DNA of 51,277 nt from the NCBI GenBank assembly GCA_048940445.1, contig JBHLON010000025.1, positions 1 to 51,277 on the forward strand. Reading direction: 5' to 3'. This DNA is from Promethearchaeota archaeon. Its GTDB lineage: Archaea; Asgardarchaeota; Lokiarchaeia; Sigyniarchaeales; SOKP01. Every line of letters begins with the position of its first letter. The stretch's first letter is position 1. Below are positions 38,043 through 46,364 of this stretch, one piece after another. The notes under the pieces are model-generated. The model was not told where the DNA came from, made no database searches, and saw only the letters and a program-made list of their open reading frames with translations. The translations under genes and the position numbers were made by a program.

Positions 38043-40562
38043 ATGACACTTCATAATTTTACGAGCGATGGTCCTAAAGAATTGGTATTACAAGATGAGG
38101 AAATATTCACCTATATAGCTGATAAGCGGATACTTAGAGTATTATTTGAGCAAAAGATTTTTGCATTACGGGACATTCAAAAAAAAGCTATCGAAAAAGG
38201 GTTGTTCTTTCGAAAATCATTTTTAATTTGTTCCCCATCAGGAAGTGGAAAAACTTTAATCGGAGAAATATGTGCTTTTCATAATATATTCAATAATTAT
38301 GGAAAATCTATTTATTTGGTTCCCTTCAAAGCATTGGCTACCGAGAAATTCTATTATTTCAAAAAATATTATGAACGATTTAAGGTTAAGATTATACTCT
38401 CAATTGGAGATTATGATGTAGATGATTCTAAATTAGAAAAGGGAGATTTAATTATCACTACATATGAAAAATGCGATTCTATTTTGAGAAATTTCTATGA
38501 TAAGGCATGGATCCATGATATTTCCACAATTATTATAGACGAAATTCATATTGTAGGAGATTCGGATCGAGGTCCGAGATTGGAATCTCTAATTGTAAGA
38601 TTAAACGAATTTTTGCATAATCCTCAAATAATTGGACTTTCCGCTACGATTGCGAATCCCAATTTTTTCAATGAATGGCTTACTTCACTAGGAAATAATA
38701 CAACTCTTATTCAATCCGATGATCGTCCTGTTCCTCTTCATTATCAAATTATAACTACTCAAAATAAGGATTCAACAATTAAAAAAATAGTGAAGCACAC
38801 TCTAGACCAAAAGGGCCAAGTATTGATATTTTTAAATAAACGAATATCTACACAACAATCTTCATTTTTGCTGAAAAATGTAGTTAAGAACCATATTGTA
38901 CAGGACGACTTAAATAAATGTAAAATATTCAAAGAAAAATTGAGTGAGATTAAAGGAGGGCACAAAGATATAAAAAGTATTGTAAATTATGGACTTGCCT
39001 TTCACCATGCGGGGTTGTTGCCAAAAGAAAGAAGATTAGTAGAGAATGGTTTTCGTAAAAAAGTAATAAAGGTAATATGTGCTACCACCACATTAAGTGC
39101 AGGTATTAATACACCATCGCGAGTAGTAGTGCTTCGAGACTTTAAAAAATATATCACTTCGGGGCATAATATCAAAAACTTTTCTGGGTATGTAGAAAAT
39201 GGAGATGGGTTTTATTATTTCAAACCCTTTTCTGCAAACCAAGTATTTCAGATGCTGGGAAGAGCAGGTAGACCAGGACTAGATTCTATAGGTTATGGAA
39301 TTATCTTAGTAAATAATGTAGAAGAAAGAAATTGGGTTGAGGAAAACTATTTTCAGAGAAAAGGTGCTGATAAGAAATTAATACCTATATATAGTAATCT
39401 GGTCTCGGGATTAAATAAAGTGAACATCCTTAAGGAGCAGGTGCTTTTGAGGATTTATGAAGAAGGTGCAATCACTCTTGACCAATTAAAAAGTTTTTTT
39501 GAGCGAACATATTTTTGGTTCTTTATTAAGCAAAAAATGAAGGCGCAAGAGATCCCAATCGAGCAAATCTTAATGATCCAAGAGATAACTCCTGAAAATA
39601 TATTGAAATTACATGCTGATCCTAAAAGATTAGCCCAATTAAAGCATAAAAATTATCAGATAAAAATAACTGAAGTTGCAAGTTCAATCATTGGGGGGGT
39701 TTTAAAGACCGAATTTGGTATCTATACGTGTGAATTTAGCATTGACCATGGAATTCGATGTTCATGTGGGTTCAAAAATGGTATTTCTGATAATTTTTCA
39801 AACAACGAATTTGCATTCGAATTTTGTGATCATATTACCTATTTTTTAAATTATTTGATCGAAATTTCTGATACCAATTTTAGAAAATATATAAGAGACA
39901 TTATTCCTAAATCGATCAAGAACCAGTATATCCTGAACTATTTATTTGAAAACGGATTAATCGAACCCAATCCCAATAATACAATCAGGTGCAGTCAATT
40001 TGGGAAATTAATTATTCGTTTGTATTTATATCCAACGTCAGGAGTTTTGATTCGATATAAATTGGAAAATAATCAGCTTCACACCGCCCAAGATATTATT
40101 AGGGAAGCCTATGACATACTCCGAGTAGAATTTAAAGTTAGGGATTATAAAATGCTTCAGCCAATTTTGGAATGGACAGATGAAGTACCTATTGAAGAAA
40201 TTTTAGAGCGCTATCACATTTTAGCTGGAGACTTATATACAATCCGAGATAATTTAGAGCGAATTATCACTTTTATCGGAATTATTGCTATTCATCTAAG
40301 CGAAAATGATATTGAACTTCAAGATATGATGACTCAAATTGCAGAGATGGCCGAGACTTTAAAGATTCGAGTACACTATGGAATAAAAGAGGAGTTATTT
40401 GATTTGATATTGCGTTTGGATAACGTAGCACGAGTTAGAGCCAGAATTATCTATGATGCGGGATATCACACTGCAGCTCAAGTACGTAGAAAGAATCCTT
40501 ATATATTACACCGGAAAACGGGATTAGGCGTTAATCTCTGTAAAAAAATTATAAATAAATAG
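38043..40562 (+). CDS. Ski2/Hel308-like SF2 DNA helicase with an inserted SWIM-type zinc finger
   Basis: PSGSGKT, VPFKALA, TYEK, DEIH, RGPRLE, SAT, FHHAGL, TTTLSAGIN, QMLGRAGRPG and C-terminal HhH (VARVRAR.IYDAG). Insert CSC...CDH. Confidence 0.9.
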   Translation: MTLHNFTSDGPKELVLQDEEIFTYIADKRILRVLFEQKIFALRDIQKKAIEKGLFFRKSFLICSPSGSGKTLIGEICAFHNIFNNYGKSIYLVPFKALATEKFYYFKKYYERFKVKIILSIGDYDVDDSKLEKGDLIITTYEKCDSILRNFYDKAWIHDISTIIIDEIHIVGDSDRGPRLESLIVRLNEFLHNPQIIGLSATIANPNFFNEWLTSLGNNTTLIQSDDRPVPLHYQIITTQNKDSTIKKIVKHTLDQKGQVLIFLNKRISTQQSSFLLKNVVKNHIVQDDLNKCKIFKEKLSEIKGGHKDIKSIVNYGLAFHHAGLLPKERRLVENGFRKKVIKVICATTTLSAGINTPSRVVVLRDFKKYITSGHNIKNFSGYVENGDGFYYFKPFSANQVFQMLGRAGRPGLDSIGYGIILVNNVEERNWVEENYFQRKGADKKLIPIYSNLVSGLNKVNILKEQVLLRIYEEGAITLDQLKSFFERTYFWFFIKQKMKAQEIPIEQILMIQEITPENILKLHADPKRLAQLKHKNYQIKITEVASSIIGGVLKTEFGIYTCEFSIDHGIRCSCGFKNGISDNFSNNEFAFEFCDHITYFLNYLIEISDTNFRKYIRDIIPKSIKNQYILNYLFENGLIEPNPNNTIRCSQFGKLIIRLYLYPTSGVLIRYKLENNQLHTAQDIIREAYDILRVEFKVRDYKMLQPILEWTDEVPIEEILERYHILAGDLYTIRDNLERIITFIGIIAIHLSENDIELQDMMTQIAEMAETLKIRVHYGIKEELFDLILRLDNVARVRARIIYDAGYHTAAQVRRKNPYILHRKTGLGVNLCKKIINK

Positions 40563-40586
40563 AAGAATGTTGAGGATTTCTAACAC

Positions 40587-40600
40587 TTTTTCTTTTTATA
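40587..40600 (+). promoter_or_regulatory. TTTTTC-TTTTTATA promoter-like element
   Basis: 26 nt before ATG 40627; could also act as the helicase terminator. Confidence 0.45.
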
Positions 40601-40626
40601 ACTATAATATCTAAATTAGTGAAACA

Positions 40627-40941
40627 ATGCAGAAAAATAAAAAATCAAATAAATTAAATAATTTTCATTGGGAAGATTATATCCAAGGAAAAAGTACAAA
40701 ATCTAAAGAATCCAAAATTCAAGAATTTATTGTTTATCAAAAGCCAAATCAGGAGACTAATAACTACTTTATTAGGAAATATGATAAAACTCAAGAACAA
40801 AATTTAGAAATTTTAAACTTAATTAAAGAAATACTCACAAATACAGCCAAACTGAGTCCACAACAGATAATTGATTATTGTAATAGTCAAAGGTACTTTA
40901 TGAAACTCTATTTTAAAAAATTACAGAAAAAAAGAGAATAG
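40627..40941 (+). CDS. Hypothetical basic protein
   Basis: 104-aa ORF with a correctly spaced TATA box. Confidence 0.55.
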   Translation: MQKNKKSNKLNNFHWEDYIQGKSTKSKESKIQEFIVYQKPNQETNNYFIRKYDKTQEQNLEILNLIKEILTNTAKLSPQQIIDYCNSQRYFMKLYFKKLQKKRE

Positions 40942-41069
40942 TTATAAACAATAAATTAGTAAATTCTTAGTCTAATTTCTTTTATCTATTAAATCTTTAA
41001 TATGCAAGTTATAATTTTTCTTTAAATGAATTAAAAATTAGTTTTGTCCAAGGTTAAAAGTGAATTAAT

Positions 41070-41312
41070 ATGAGTTTTGGAATTGTTAAAAATGAAAAGA
41101 ATTTAGAAACCAAGACTGAAATAAAGAATTATCGAGAGTTAGAAAATATATTAACTAAAGCGTTAATTCCTTTTTCCAAATTCTTGGACAAAAAGAGAGA
41201 ACCCGATATTTATAATGGGAAAGAAGATATACCTTTTGAAAGAAGACATCCTATCTTCAAAGCTTTAATGCGAATTGAGTTTGAAGATCGGAATAAATTT
41301 AAAGACTTATGA
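41070..41312 (+). CDS. Hypothetical protein
   Basis: 80-aa ORF preceded by TTTTTC-TTTAAATG at 41015-41028. Confidence 0.5.
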   Translation: MSFGIVKNEKNLETKTEIKNYRELENILTKALIPFSKFLDKKREPDIYNGKEDIPFERRHPIFKALMRIEFEDRNKFKDL

Positions 41313-41348
41313 TTGGCTTCTAAAAATAGAATAGATAAAAAAAAATGT

Positions 41349-41600
41349 CTATTTTTTTTGAAATAATTTTACAATTTGATCCCAAAGTCTAGGATTAGAA
41401 AATCTATCTTCTTGAATTTTTTGAAGCAATTTTTCTACTTTTTCTTGTTTTGGGATAATATGGGAAATTATTTCTATAGTTTGGGTCATTTTTAAATTTT
41501 CCTTTAGCATACTCAAATCATTAACCAATTTTGGTAAATAAAGATCGAGTGCAGAAATATTTAAATAAAAAATTTGCCTGAAAATGCATTTTAAATACAT
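41349..41600 (-). CDS. Possible small hypothetical protein (start uncertain)
   Basis: 83-aa ORF; only the C-terminal half looks protein-like. Confidence 0.3.
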   Translation of the reverse strand: MYLKCIFRQIFYLNISALDLYLPKLVNDLSMLKENLKMTQTIEIISHIIPKQEKVEKLLQKIQEDRFSNPRLWDQIVKLFQKK

Positions 41601-41615
41601 TTAAAAGTAGTATGC

Positions 41616-41723
41616 CTAAATAATCAATATTATGATAGGGATTGATATTGCTAATGCAAATACTATCATAAGTAGGGTTATTGCCTTACCTTGAAAAGTT
41701 CGTTTGAGACTATGCTTAGACAT
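41616..41723 (-). CDS. 35-aa single-TM microprotein not in the ORF track
   Basis: MSKHSLKRTFQGKAITLLMIVFALAISIPIIILII*: basic N-terminus plus hydrophobic helix; TTTATATA at 41750-41743, about 20 nt upstream. Confidence 0.5.
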   Translation of the reverse strand: MSKHSLKRTFQGKAITLLMIVFALAISIPIIILII

Positions 41724-41790
41724 AATTTTACCACTTAGTAAGTATATAAAAATTCATCTTTATTAGTTTGTCTATTACTATAGATTAAAA

Positions 41791-41804
41791 TTTTTCTTTA
41801 TAAA
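41791..41804 (+). promoter_or_regulatory. TTTTTC-TTTATAAA promoter element
   Basis: Divergent intergenic region, 46 nt before ATG 41851. Confidence 0.45.
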
Positions 41805-41850
41805 GACATGTTAGTTATAAGGTAACAAACAAGAATGACGTAAATATAGT

Positions 41851-43077
41851 ATGATTACTCAAAAAGCTTTTCCCTATTATATTTTGCAACATAAGGAATT
41901 ATTTCCGGATACTATTGATGAATACCTGCTTAAGCTCTTTCCCTTAGTGGATTTGAATATTGAAAATAGAGTATGTTATCCTTTTGAGTTGGAGACTCGA
42001 TTAGGTAACACAAAAGTTAACCCTTTCTTACGAATTGCGCAGCCAAATGATGCAGAAACTATTGCTGAGGCTTCTAAGGAAGTTTATGAGTCTACATATC
42101 CATATAAAGAAATGGAAGACGCAGAGTATATAAGAAAAATGATAAAAAGTCCAGAAAATCACTTCATTCTTTTTGAGACTGAAACTGGAGAAAATGCAGG
42201 ATGTTTTCGGTGTGCACTAGATTATGAGCATAGAAAAGGTTATATGGGAGGCTTTATGATCCGCAAGAAATTTCAAGGAAAACTAGATGTAATACGAGCA
42301 ATTATGGGCTCTTACATCTGGATGTGGAATTCTTTCAAAGATGAGATTCTAGTATGGTATTGTGAGAATCGAACTGCTCATGCTTCCTCACAATACATCA
42401 CAGCGATTTGTGGCATTAATACAGTGGCCATCTTTCCTAATAAAGATATTTTTTTTGGTGATATTGAGTCTGATGTGATGGGGATAATCTATGTAGAAGA
42501 AGTATTAAGGAGGTTAAGAGTGCCGCAAATCCCGTGTTTTATCAAAGCTGTAGAAAAACCCTATTTATATTCAGATAGATTATACAATCTTGGTAAATAT
42601 CAAATTAGAAGTCCAAAAATTAGTTTAGATGAATCAAGGATTAATGAAGTTAAGAGGATATTTGCATGCAAAGTCTCTACGGATAAATATGGATATGAAT
42701 ATTATAGGTTTATTATAAGGTATTCTGGCTCTTATTTTGAATTTTTGCATAACTCTTATATTCAAAACCTTGAAAAAGCAAAATTTCATGTGGAATCTTT
42801 GGAAGAATTATATGTGTTTATTCAGGAGTTAAAAAAAGTAATGGATCAACTTAACGTTAGATATTGTGAGGTTTTCATCTCAGCTTATCGTCCTAAGCAT
42901 CAACAGTTATTCTATAACTTCGGGTTTCGTCCTAGGGGATACGTCCCATGTTGGAACTATGATATTAGAAATAATACTTTTGAAGATAGTGTTATCTTTA
43001 ATTACTTTGAAGGTGAGATCACCAACATTGATTTGTTACCCCAAGGATATAATTTGTTAAATAGTATCGAGATATAA
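41851..43077 (+). CDS. Tandem GNAT-fold protein
   Basis: LRIAQPNDAE, YPY, IRKKFQGK, ENRTAHxxSQ and GFRPRGYVP. Confidence 0.65.
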   Translation: MITQKAFPYYILQHKELFPDTIDEYLLKLFPLVDLNIENRVCYPFELETRLGNTKVNPFLRIAQPNDAETIAEASKEVYESTYPYKEMEDAEYIRKMIKSPENHFILFETETGENAGCFRCALDYEHRKGYMGGFMIRKKFQGKLDVIRAIMGSYIWMWNSFKDEILVWYCENRTAHASSQYITAICGINTVAIFPNKDIFFGDIESDVMGIIYVEEVLRRLRVPQIPCFIKAVEKPYLYSDRLYNLGKYQIRSPKISLDESRINEVKRIFACKVSTDKYGYEYYRFIIRYSGSYFEFLHNSYIQNLEKAKFHVESLEELYVFIQELKKVMDQLNVRYCEVFISAYRPKHQQLFYNFGFRPRGYVPCWNYDIRNNTFEDSVIFNYFEGEITNIDLLPQGYNLLNSIEI

Positions 43078-43109
43078 CTCCTAGGTTTTTTATTAACATC
43101 TTTCATTCA

Positions 43110-43613
43110 TCATTTGTAATTAAATAAATAGTAATGTGTTTTTTTGCTAATTAAAATGAGCTTCTTTTCTTTTACAAATTTTCTAATCAAAATTTTAAGC
43201 TCCATTGGAGGAATATGGCATTCTTGGGCCATTAATTCCATCATATAAAAAGGAAATTCTTTATATTTCGAGGACAATTCTTTTAGCAAGTCAATAAATA
43301 ACGATTCATATTCATCACCAGCTCGGGAGAGATCTTTTTTAGCTTTAATTTTGGAACATATCGAAAATTCGTTTTCAGTAGAAAATTGAGATGCCCCTAA
43401 GGCATTCTGCAGCTCTTTAACCCGTTTAATAGCATTTGAAATACCATAAACTCTTTCTCCATTATTTAGAATTAGTATAACTTTATATGTTTTTCTACAA
43501 CGAAGGCATTTTTTCGTCTTTTGTGTTGTTTTTGCGTAGAGATACTGATGACATCTAGTACAAATGAAAATTACATACGGATTGATATCTTTTTTCCAGG
43601 TTGCATCTTCCAT
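43110..43613 (-). CDS. Zinc-ribbon (DUF1922-like) protein with a putative C-terminal winged helix
   Basis: YVIFICTRC...TKKCLRC; ATG 43613 lies 2 nt after the Hef stop. Confidence 0.7.
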   Translation of the reverse strand: MEDATWKKDINPYVIFICTRCHQYLYAKTTQKTKKCLRCRKTYKVILILNNGERVYGISNAIKRVKELQNALGASQFSTENEFSICSKIKAKKDLSRAGDEYESLFIDLLKELSSKYKEFPFYMMELMAQECHIPPMELKILIRKFVKEKKLILISKKTHYYLFNYK

Positions 43614-43615
43614 GG

Positions 43616-45730
43616 TTACCCCTTTTTTAAATTTTGATCTAATATACTTCGTAATATAAACCATAATTCTTCCTCATCTTCGATGGGAATGATTTTGTAA
43701 TGCTTCTCTTCAGCAATCTGTCGTGCTTTCTGTTTGATTACCCGTAATTCTCCATTTATACCTTCTTGAAAGTTAATAAAATCCAAAATGATTATAATGA
43801 GTTGAAATTTATGTTGATAAGCAGTGATAAACTTGGTTATCTTATCTTGAAGCGATTCTGTAAAAGAATCTATTGGGAAAATCTGTATTAAAACCTTACC
43901 ATGAATTACGATATGCTCAGATTGATTATTTAAGGTGTAATCTATTCCTTCTCTCTGAAGCTTTTTGCGAAGGCCGAACTTTACTGGAAGGTTAATATTT
44001 AATTTAACTAATTCTGGCTTTGGCATTTCCTTTATGGCGTTACTTACAAATTTAAGCAATCCCTTTTTGTTTTTTTGTATGTTATTAATCTGAAAAGTCG
44101 GTTCAGATATCTCTTTATCACCATCGAAAGTTTTCTCTTGTGTCTTAAGTTCAATATTCATTCTTTTCAGTTTATTCATTACGATTCGTAAATAAATATC
44201 ATCATGTGTACCTATACAATACAAAATGATTACTTCACCTTTACGCTGTCGAGCAGTTCTCCCTTTTCTTTGGATAAATCGTATCTCTGAGACCACAACA
44301 TCATAAAAGATTACAAGATCACACTCTGTTATATCTAATCCTTCTTCCCCGACATTTGTTGACACTAATACATTATACTTCCCTTGTTTGAACTCATCAA
44401 GAATTTCCAACTGCTTTTTTTGAGTTAGCCCTTTATCATCTTTAGACTTGGTAGATTGTCCTACAAAACGAGAGGCTGCAATAAATTCCTCTTTGTTTAA
44501 TTTTATCGTTATATTCTTTACAGAGTCTCGGAACTTTACAAATACCAAAATTCGTGAATCTGGGATTGCTTTAAGCTGGTTAAGAATGATTTTTTCCAAT
44601 ACTTTATATTTGGGATGAATCAATCTTTCGGGGGAGTGTTCATAATGCTTTAAAAGCTCTAAGACTACTTGATGCAGGCGAAGGTCTGAACCGAGAATTT
44701 TTATTGCTTTAGAACTATTCTGTTTCTTTGCATCCTCTTTTACCTTGAGCAAATAGGTTAAAAGTATATCCAATCCCTGTTGTTCAATTAAATCCACCAT
44801 ATGAAAAAGGATAAGTGCTTGAGCATTAACTGAGAGAGCAGAATAAACTCCTGTCTTATCTCCATTTGAGTTCACAAGTGATATTAACTCTGAATTTAAC
44901 TTCAACAAATCGTTACGGAACACTTTTTCTATTAATCTATCTGTCTTTCTCTCTAAAAATCCTAAAGATGATAGATACTGCAAACGTTCTTCTAAGAGTT
45001 GTTGGATGACTAAACAAGCATCTTTCATGAGGGTAGTCAGATTCACTCCAACTTTAAAAATATTCATAGGTTTAATATAAGACTTCACATCCCGATCTGT
45101 TCTAATACGAGTATGGATATTAGTAAGTGGAATATGTAAGAGTTCGCAAAGAGTCTTAATTTTAGTTTTGGATGCCCCTGGGGATGCAGTCAGTCCTAAA
45201 ATATTACCATCAGGATTCTGATCAAGATATTCATCAGCAATTAGTGGATAAGGATAATCTCCAGATGCATGGTGCGCCTCATCAAATACTATTAAGCAAG
45301 TGGTATCGAGGGAATATCTTTTCTTCACTAAATCATTCCGTAAGGTCTGAGGGGTATATAAGATAATTTGATGCTCATGAAATAATTGGCTACGTTCTTC
45401 GGGATTGACTCTTCCTGTTAAAATGGTAAAGCTTTCTTCAGATAAAGTCAGAAAATTTTTAAAAGATTCATACTGCTGGTTGATTAGAGGACGTGTCGGA
45501 GCTAATATGATAATCTTACTTTTCTCTGGATAGAGTTCTAAAGTATAAGCGGCAACCAATATTGCAATGATGGTCTTTCCAAGACCAGTAGGTAATACTA
45601 CAAGCGAATTATGATTAACACATTTCTTTGCAATCTCCACTTGATATTGACGGAATTCGATATGTTCTTTTCGAATATATTGATCCTTTAAATTATTGAG
45701 TTTCGAGTCAGAGGAACTTATAAAACTCAC
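43616..45730 (-). CDS. hef: Hef/FANCM-like SF2 helicase with a degenerate C-terminal ERCC4-like domain
   Basis: RQYQ, LPTGLGKT, APTRPL, TPQ, DEAHH, LTASPG, HPK, FVGQ, EEGLDI and IQRKGRTAR. The C-terminal about 130 aa lack GDY/ERK. Confidence 0.88.
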   Translation of the reverse strand: MSFISSSDSKLNNLKDQYIRKEHIEFRQYQVEIAKKCVNHNSLVVLPTGLGKTIIAILVAAYTLELYPEKSKIIILAPTRPLINQQYESFKNFLTLSEESFTILTGRVNPEERSQLFHEHQIILYTPQTLRNDLVKKRYSLDTTCLIVFDEAHHASGDYPYPLIADEYLDQNPDGNILGLTASPGASKTKIKTLCELLHIPLTNIHTRIRTDRDVKSYIKPMNIFKVGVNLTTLMKDACLVIQQLLEERLQYLSSLGFLERKTDRLIEKVFRNDLLKLNSELISLVNSNGDKTGVYSALSVNAQALILFHMVDLIEQQGLDILLTYLLKVKEDAKKQNSSKAIKILGSDLRLHQVVLELLKHYEHSPERLIHPKYKVLEKIILNQLKAIPDSRILVFVKFRDSVKNITIKLNKEEFIAASRFVGQSTKSKDDKGLTQKKQLEILDEFKQGKYNVLVSTNVGEEGLDITECDLVIFYDVVVSEIRFIQRKGRTARQRKGEVIILYCIGTHDDIYLRIVMNKLKRMNIELKTQEKTFDGDKEISEPTFQINNIQKNKKGLLKFVSNAIKEMPKPELVKLNINLPVKFGLRKKLQREGIDYTLNNQSEHIVIHGKVLIQIFPIDSFTESLQDKITKFITAYQHKFQLIIIILDFINFQEGINGELRVIKQKARQIAEEKHYKIIPIEDEEELWFILRSILDQNLKKG

Positions 45731-46308
45731 CTTTCCTGATTGATTATGATACTATAATTCGGAAATTCGACCTTTGTTATAGGCTTATTCCCACGATTAT
45801 ATGCAAGAATCTTCGTTCCCAACTCGATTGCTAACTTTGTAGGGTAAATTAAGCCATTTCCATGATGTTCAAATAAGTAAGGATGAATTTTGCAAAGGTT
45901 TTTTACTTTATGTATCAATTCCGAACCATTATGACTGAGATCAAACCCTTTTCCAATGTTGATATGCTGAAAGTAGTAGATTACATCGCTAAGTATATTA
46001 ATCTGCTCTGATGTAATGTAAATTTCATTTGATTCATTATTGAAGTTAATGTCCTTCGAGTATGGTTCCAATGCCAAATAGAGAGTAGTATTTTTCCGTT
46101 TTTTATATAAGCAATAACCTTCTAAACTTGATAAGAATAGATTTTGAAACCGAAAAAAGATGTCTAATAATTCTTCCCCTTCTCTGGGGAGTAACCTAAA
46201 CCCTTGACACAACTTACTGAAATTAAAATGGGAGTCTGGATGATCTTTGAATTGTTCTAAAATCTGAATAAGCTGAAGCAGTAATTTAATTTTATCGCTA
46301 GGGGGCAT
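45727..46308 (-). CDS. Hypothetical protein (possible tandem winged-helix), coupled to hef
   Basis: 193 aa; ATGA overlap with the hef start. Confidence 0.65.
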   Translation of the reverse strand: MPPSDKIKLLLQLIQILEQFKDHPDSHFNFSKLCQGFRLLPREGEELLDIFFRFQNLFLSSLEGYCLYKKRKNTTLYLALEPYSKDINFNNESNEIYITSEQINILSDVIYYFQHINIGKGFDLSHNGSELIHKVKNLCKIHPYLFEHHGNGLIYPTKLAIELGTKILAYNRGNKPITKVEFPNYSIIINQER

Positions 46309-46330
46309 TTATCCATATTAGTAGTATCTC

Positions 46331-46345
46331 AATAAAAAGAAAAAA
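46331..46345 (-). promoter_or_regulatory. TTTTTTC-TTTTTATT promoter-like element of the hef operon
   Basis: 22 nt before ATG 46308. Confidence 0.45.
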
Positions 46346-46364
46346 TTGATAAAAATAAAAAAAA

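Noticed and set aside
41349-41723. Pyrrolysine readthrough at TAG 41616-41618
   Set aside because: A TAA follows five codons later, and no pyl genes are in the window.
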